Source: Cyanobacteriota bacterium (GTDB lineage Bacteria; Cyanobacteriota; Cyanobacteriia; Thermostichales; Thermostichaceae). Taken from it: a stretch of DNA of 43,811 bases. The notes under the pieces are model-generated. The model was not told the origin of the DNA and did no database searches. It saw only the letters and a program-made list of their open reading frames with translations. How positions within the stretch are numbered: the first letter of the stretch is position 1; each line of letters begins with the position of its first letter. The position numbers and the translations under genes are program-made. The stretch lies in contig JANRIL010000033.1 in NCBI GenBank assembly GCA_033764955.1, positions 1-43,811 of the forward strand. The letters are read 5' to 3'. Positions 40,024 through 43,811 of the stretch are shown one piece after another.

Positions 40024-41215
40024 ATCGGCTTCTATCCTGTCCGTTCTGGAGCAAAAGCGAGAACAGTTTGATAGTTTTGATCTGCACAGTAGTGAACGGC
40101 GACAGCAATACCTAAATGCCATGCGGCAGCTCAAAGACTGGCCTAGTCTAAAAATTTATGAACAACTCAGTACGGTTTCCTTTCCTGGATCCCTGCCAAC
40201 CGAAGAATGGGATCACTACGCAAGCTGGCAAATTCCGTTTGCCCATGACTTTCATAACCATGAGGAAAGCCTATTGTGGGTTAATCAAACCATTCAGAAT
40301 ATCTCCACATTTGCTGTAGATGGCTCCCAAATTTATCCCTCCAAGGATATTTCTCTACCGATAGCTCTCATTCAGATTGGCTGGTTTGAGAACCGCCACA
40401 CTCCGGAGGGTCTCTACGAAAAAGATATTCGTGTAGACGTTCTTAGTCCTTCGGATCTGGGAGCCAATAACAGTGGAGATCCAAAGGAACGTATCGTCAA
40501 TATGCGGCGATTTGAGATGGAGATTCAGCGAATTATTGAATATATGGAACATATGGGATCCCATCAACAGCACCGCTCATGCTTAGCATTCTTGGATGGT
40601 TCACTGATTGCCTCCTTTGCCGAAGCCTTTGAACCTAGCCAGCAGGATCGTTATATTCAATCCCTCTTAAATTTATTACGCGCCAGTGAAACCTATCGAG
40701 TTCCACTGGTTGCTTATATTGATACCACTTACACGCGAGATTTGATCACCTTTTTGCAATATGTGTTTGATCTCCCAGAAGCTCCCCAACTGCATGATGC
40801 TCAACTGTTAGAGACTTACTTAGAGTGGGGAGATCGCTCTCCCTGCTGGGTTTGTGCCCGTGGAGGACTACAGTCTGGACAGACTGGCATCTTACATCAT
40901 TATCAAGAAATGCGAGAACGGGTGGGATTTGTTTATCTTAAAACAAACGATAACTATCCCGTTCGTTTAGAGATTCCTATATGGATTCAAGAAATGGGTT
41001 GGCTGGACTGGTTGGTTGATATTGTCCGTTGTGAGGTGATTATTGGCCGTGGTTATCCTTATGCTATTGAGACAGCTGATCAAACGGCGGTGCTGCGAAA
41101 CGAGGATCGCCATATATTCTTGAAGGTGCTACAAGATTGGTCGCAGCGAGAAAACCTCCATCTCAAGCTTTCTCGTAAAACTGTTAGTAAGATGCAGAGG
41201 AGGAGAGTCCGATGA
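40013..41215 (+). CDS. nurA: NurA-family DNA double-strand break repair nuclease
   Basis: Motifs FAVDGSQ, FLDGSL, VRLEIP and GYPYAIETAD. RBS AGGAG at 40001; ATG 40013 overlaps the end of sbcC by 11 nt. Confidence 0.9.
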   Translation: MAIRSASILSVLEQKREQFDSFDLHSSERRQQYLNAMRQLKDWPSLKIYEQLSTVSFPGSLPTEEWDHYASWQIPFAHDFHNHEESLLWVNQTIQNISTFAVDGSQIYPSKDISLPIALIQIGWFENRHTPEGLYEKDIRVDVLSPSDLGANNSGDPKERIVNMRRFEMEIQRIIEYMEHMGSHQQHRSCLAFLDGSLIASFAEAFEPSQQDRYIQSLLNLLRASETYRVPLVAYIDTTYTRDLITFLQYVFDLPEAPQLHDAQLLETYLEWGDRSPCWVCARGGLQSGQTGILHHYQEMRERVGFVYLKTNDNYPVRLEIPIWIQEMGWLDWLVDIVRCEVIIGRGYPYAIETADQTAVLRNEDRHIFLKVLQDWSQRENLHLKLSRKTVSKMQRRRVR

Positions 41216-41901
41216 GGTTAGGGAAGGTTGTTAAGTCTAATAATCACTGTGATTATGTGGTAGAAGTTGATGACCGCTTAAGTGTTAAGAGTCCTCCGGC
41301 TGCCGATGATTATGGTTTCGGGTGTTTTGTGAGGCTAGATACCCACAACCGGCACTGGGGGGTAGGGGTTATTTACAATACCCAACTGTTTAATCCAGCC
41401 TTTCTCAATTCTGGCCCCCGTTTATCCAGCCAGCCCAATCCAATCTATTCTCCCGACCTGCAAAATGAGATTAAGACGCTTCTTGCTGTTGTGCTGATTG
41501 GTAGCTTACAAGAAAAGATTCTACCTGCTAGACCCGACAGTCAAACCAAACCCACACTCAAATCAGAATCTTCTTCAAAACCACGACCAGACTCTAGCCC
41601 TAGTCCATCAGCTACTACCTATTATGGCTATCAAGGGATCCCAAAAGCCGTTGTTCCTATTGATACTTTGGTTTATCGTATGACCAGTCAAGAAATCCAT
41701 CAATTTCATCAGAATATTGAGGGAAAAAGTCAATTTACTTATTATGGGCTATTGCTTAATTGTGGAGGTATTTTCTCAAGTCACCTAATTCAGCAAGTGC
41801 TCAATGAAATTAGTGAAATGTTTGAAGGTAGTCAACGACGAGCCATAGAAACGTTGAGCAAAGAACTTTCTTGGAAAATGACGATGGGGGCAATGCGGTG
41901 A
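41212..41901 (+). CDS. Stand-alone HAS-barrel-like protein
   Basis: MRLGKVVKS..., FGCFVRL, GVIYN and YQGIP...P...VY..T..EI..F, a pattern like the N-terminal barrel of HerA. No ATPase motifs. ATGA overlap with nurA and TGATG overlap with herA. Confidence 0.75.
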   Translation: MRLGKVVKSNNHCDYVVEVDDRLSVKSPPAADDYGFGCFVRLDTHNRHWGVGVIYNTQLFNPAFLNSGPRLSSQPNPIYSPDLQNEIKTLLAVVLIGSLQEKILPARPDSQTKPTLKSESSSKPRPDSSPSPSATTYYGYQGIPKAVVPIDTLVYRMTSQEIHQFHQNIEGKSQFTYYGLLLNCGGIFSSHLIQQVLNEISEMFEGSQRRAIETLSKELSWKMTMGAMR

Positions 41902-43580
41902 TGAATACAGTGAATCAAAATCATTCAACTTACACGGGTGAGCAACGGGATCAAGTGATTGGAACGGTGAAAGGACCTGGAGAAGAGGCTAATCAATATA
42001 TTTTCATTACCTCTAATACTCAGGCAGTAAAAGTAGGAGAGTTTGTCTATTATGAAAGTATTGGCAAAGCTCAAAAAATTCTGGGTAAAATTTCCCAACT
42101 TCAGCTCTTGGATCATTTACCCGATCGAATTTTTGCCGACACTGACATTGATCCGAGTGCCATCGTAGCCCTGATTGGTTTCAGCTATCCCAATCCAGAA
42201 ATTTATGCTGTTACGGTAGAGGTGATTGGCTACTTCCATAGAGCGATGGGCTTTGTCAATCCGCGCCAAGCACCTGATCCGGGATCCAAAGTCTTTCTTG
42301 CCTCCCATGAAATGCTGCGAACTGTCCTCAATAAACGACAGATGCAGGATATTGGTGGTGCCCATTTGGGCAGCCTTCTCCTAAGAGAAGAAGGAGATGT
42401 GCCTGTGGTGCTCGATGTTAAAGAATTAGTCAGCACCCACCTGGCTATTTTGGCAGGTACTGGATCCGGTAAATCCTATACAGCAGGGGTTTTAATCGAA
42501 GAATTGCTTTTACCTAAAAACCGTGCCGCTATCCTCATTTTTGATCCCCACGGAGAATATGGGACTCTCAGTGAGATGCAGTCTCACCCCACTTTTTGGA
42601 CAGAAGATGGCTATCGCCCCAAGGTGAAAGTTCTCACACCTGATCAAATCAAAATACGAGTTTCTTCTCTTAATTTCTATGATATTTTGACATTATTGCC
42701 GGATATGTCTGATCGTCAGCAGTCCTTTCTTGAAAAAGCATTTCTAGCCACTACTCAACACAATCAACAACGCTGGACGATTCAAGATTTGATTGATGCG
42801 GTTAACGATGCCGACTCCTCACAAGATGGTACGCAGGGATCCTCCGCCGCGGCTCTCCAGTGGAAGCTAGATAGAATTGATCGTTCTCCCTATTTTAGTA
42901 ATATCGAACATTTAGCTCCACGGGAATTATTTGAACCTGGGCAAGTGACGATCCTGCAAATGAATGAAATTAGCCAGGATGAACAGCAAGTCATTGCCGC
43001 TGCCATTTTGCGACAAGCCAATCATGCTCGCATGAATACCCATAAAGGCAAAATTTCTGAGCAGGAAGAAACCTATTTGCCCTTCCCAGTCTTTATTTTG
43101 ATTGAAGAAGCTCATCGTTTTGCTCCGGCTCACGAACCTTCCCGCTGCAAACAGGTGCTCCGCACAATTTTGAGTGAGGGTCGTAAGTTTGGTTTGGGTG
43201 TGGGGTTGATTACCCAACGCCCAGGGAAATTAGATTCTGATATATTATCGCAGTGCATGAGCCAGTTTTTGATGCGAATTGTTAACCCGATTGATCAAGA
43301 AAATCTGCGCCACAGCGTCGAAGCCGCCGGACGAGATCTGTTGAGCGAGTTACCTTCATTGAGCAAAGGCCAAGTGATTGTCTCGGGGGTCTGTGTGAAT
43401 ACTCCGGTTTTGTGCAAAGTGCGCCAACGTCATACCAAACATGGTGGACAAACCCTAGAAATCCTAGAGATTTGGCAGCAACATTTTCAATTGCACCAAC
43501 AACGAGAACGTTTGGTCAAATCTGCCCCCCTCCGCTCCCGTTCTCAACCTCACGTTTTGGATGGGTTAAGTATCGACTAG
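41901..43580 (+). CDS. herA: HerA-family helicase/translocase (DUF87)
   Basis: N-terminal HAS barrel (IGTVKG, VGEFVYY, PDPGSKV), Walker A HLAILAGTGSGKS, FDPHGEY, Walker B ILIEEAH, Arg finger EGRKFG and TQRP. Confidence 0.93.
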   Translation: MNTVNQNHSTYTGEQRDQVIGTVKGPGEEANQYIFITSNTQAVKVGEFVYYESIGKAQKILGKISQLQLLDHLPDRIFADTDIDPSAIVALIGFSYPNPEIYAVTVEVIGYFHRAMGFVNPRQAPDPGSKVFLASHEMLRTVLNKRQMQDIGGAHLGSLLLREEGDVPVVLDVKELVSTHLAILAGTGSGKSYTAGVLIEELLLPKNRAAILIFDPHGEYGTLSEMQSHPTFWTEDGYRPKVKVLTPDQIKIRVSSLNFYDILTLLPDMSDRQQSFLEKAFLATTQHNQQRWTIQDLIDAVNDADSSQDGTQGSSAAALQWKLDRIDRSPYFSNIEHLAPRELFEPGQVTILQMNEISQDEQQVIAAAILRQANHARMNTHKGKISEQEETYLPFPVFILIEEAHRFAPAHEPSRCKQVLRTILSEGRKFGLGVGLITQRPGKLDSDILSQCMSQFLMRIVNPIDQENLRHSVEAAGRDLLSELPSLSKGQVIVSGVCVNTPVLCKVRQRHTKHGGQTLEILEIWQQHFQLHQQRERLVKSAPLRSRSQPHVLDGLSID

Positions 43581-43670
43581 ATTTTGTTGATCTTGCCCTT
43601 GAGACAGGGGAGAATGTCCACAAGTTAGAGAAAGTTCAAGAGACCCTTTGCTAGCTTGTTGAAACAAAGG

Positions 43671-43811
43671 TACAGCTTTTTCGTTATTTACATAGAACAT
43701 GAATGAGTTAAGGTTAGAGAGGTTGAGTTTTCCAACAGCATGAGCCGTTATTCCCTTGACCTCCGAAAGAAAGTGGTAGCAGCCTATCATCTCGGCAATA
43801 CCTCCATCCGC
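43671..43811 (+). mobile_element. IS630-family insertion sequence, left end (runs off the window)
   Basis: A transposase start at 43740. The left boundary is guessed at TA-CAGC (43671) because IS630 elements target TA; the partner inverted repeat is outside the window. Confidence 0.65.
43740..43811 (+). CDS. IS630-family transposase N-terminal HTH (partial)
   Basis: MSRYSLDLRKKVVAAYHLGNTSIR matches the YSxDLRxxVV start of ISY100/IS630 transposases. Confidence 0.8.
   Translation, partial: MSRYSLDLRKKVVAAYHLGNTSIR

Overview
Cyanobacterial chromosomal window. The psbA, por and rps1 genes and the very frequent GGGATCCC palindrome point to a Thermostichus / hot-spring Synechococcus-like lineage (inference). 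The left ~25 kb is mostly housekeeping: the psbA 3' end, glgP, rimI, por, an RND efflux pair, an amino-acid binding protein, acnB, a cobalamin riboswitch ahead of hupE/ureJ, rps1, obgE, an acyltransferase, a divergent ProA-like gene, a GH57 branching enzyme and a WcaI-like glycosyltransferase. The right ~18 kb looks more AT-rich. It holds two related GAF histidine kinases flanking a GST and a modBC fusion, then a tightly coupled five-gene operon (mre11/sbcD, rad50/sbcC, nurA, stand-alone HAS-barrel, herA) that resembles the archaeal DNA end-resection machinery, then the start of an IS630-family element. The best leads are: (1) this operon, whose Rad50 has no zinc hook and has matching duplications in both coiled-coil arms; (2) a 490-aa membrane protein that looks like a membrane pyrophosphatase scaffold with the catalytic loops removed; (3) a ProA paralog lacking the catalytic cysteine. 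Also noted are a RelE/YafQ-type toxin remnant and a terminator built from two HIP palindromes. All family assignments come from reading motifs by eye; no database search was run.
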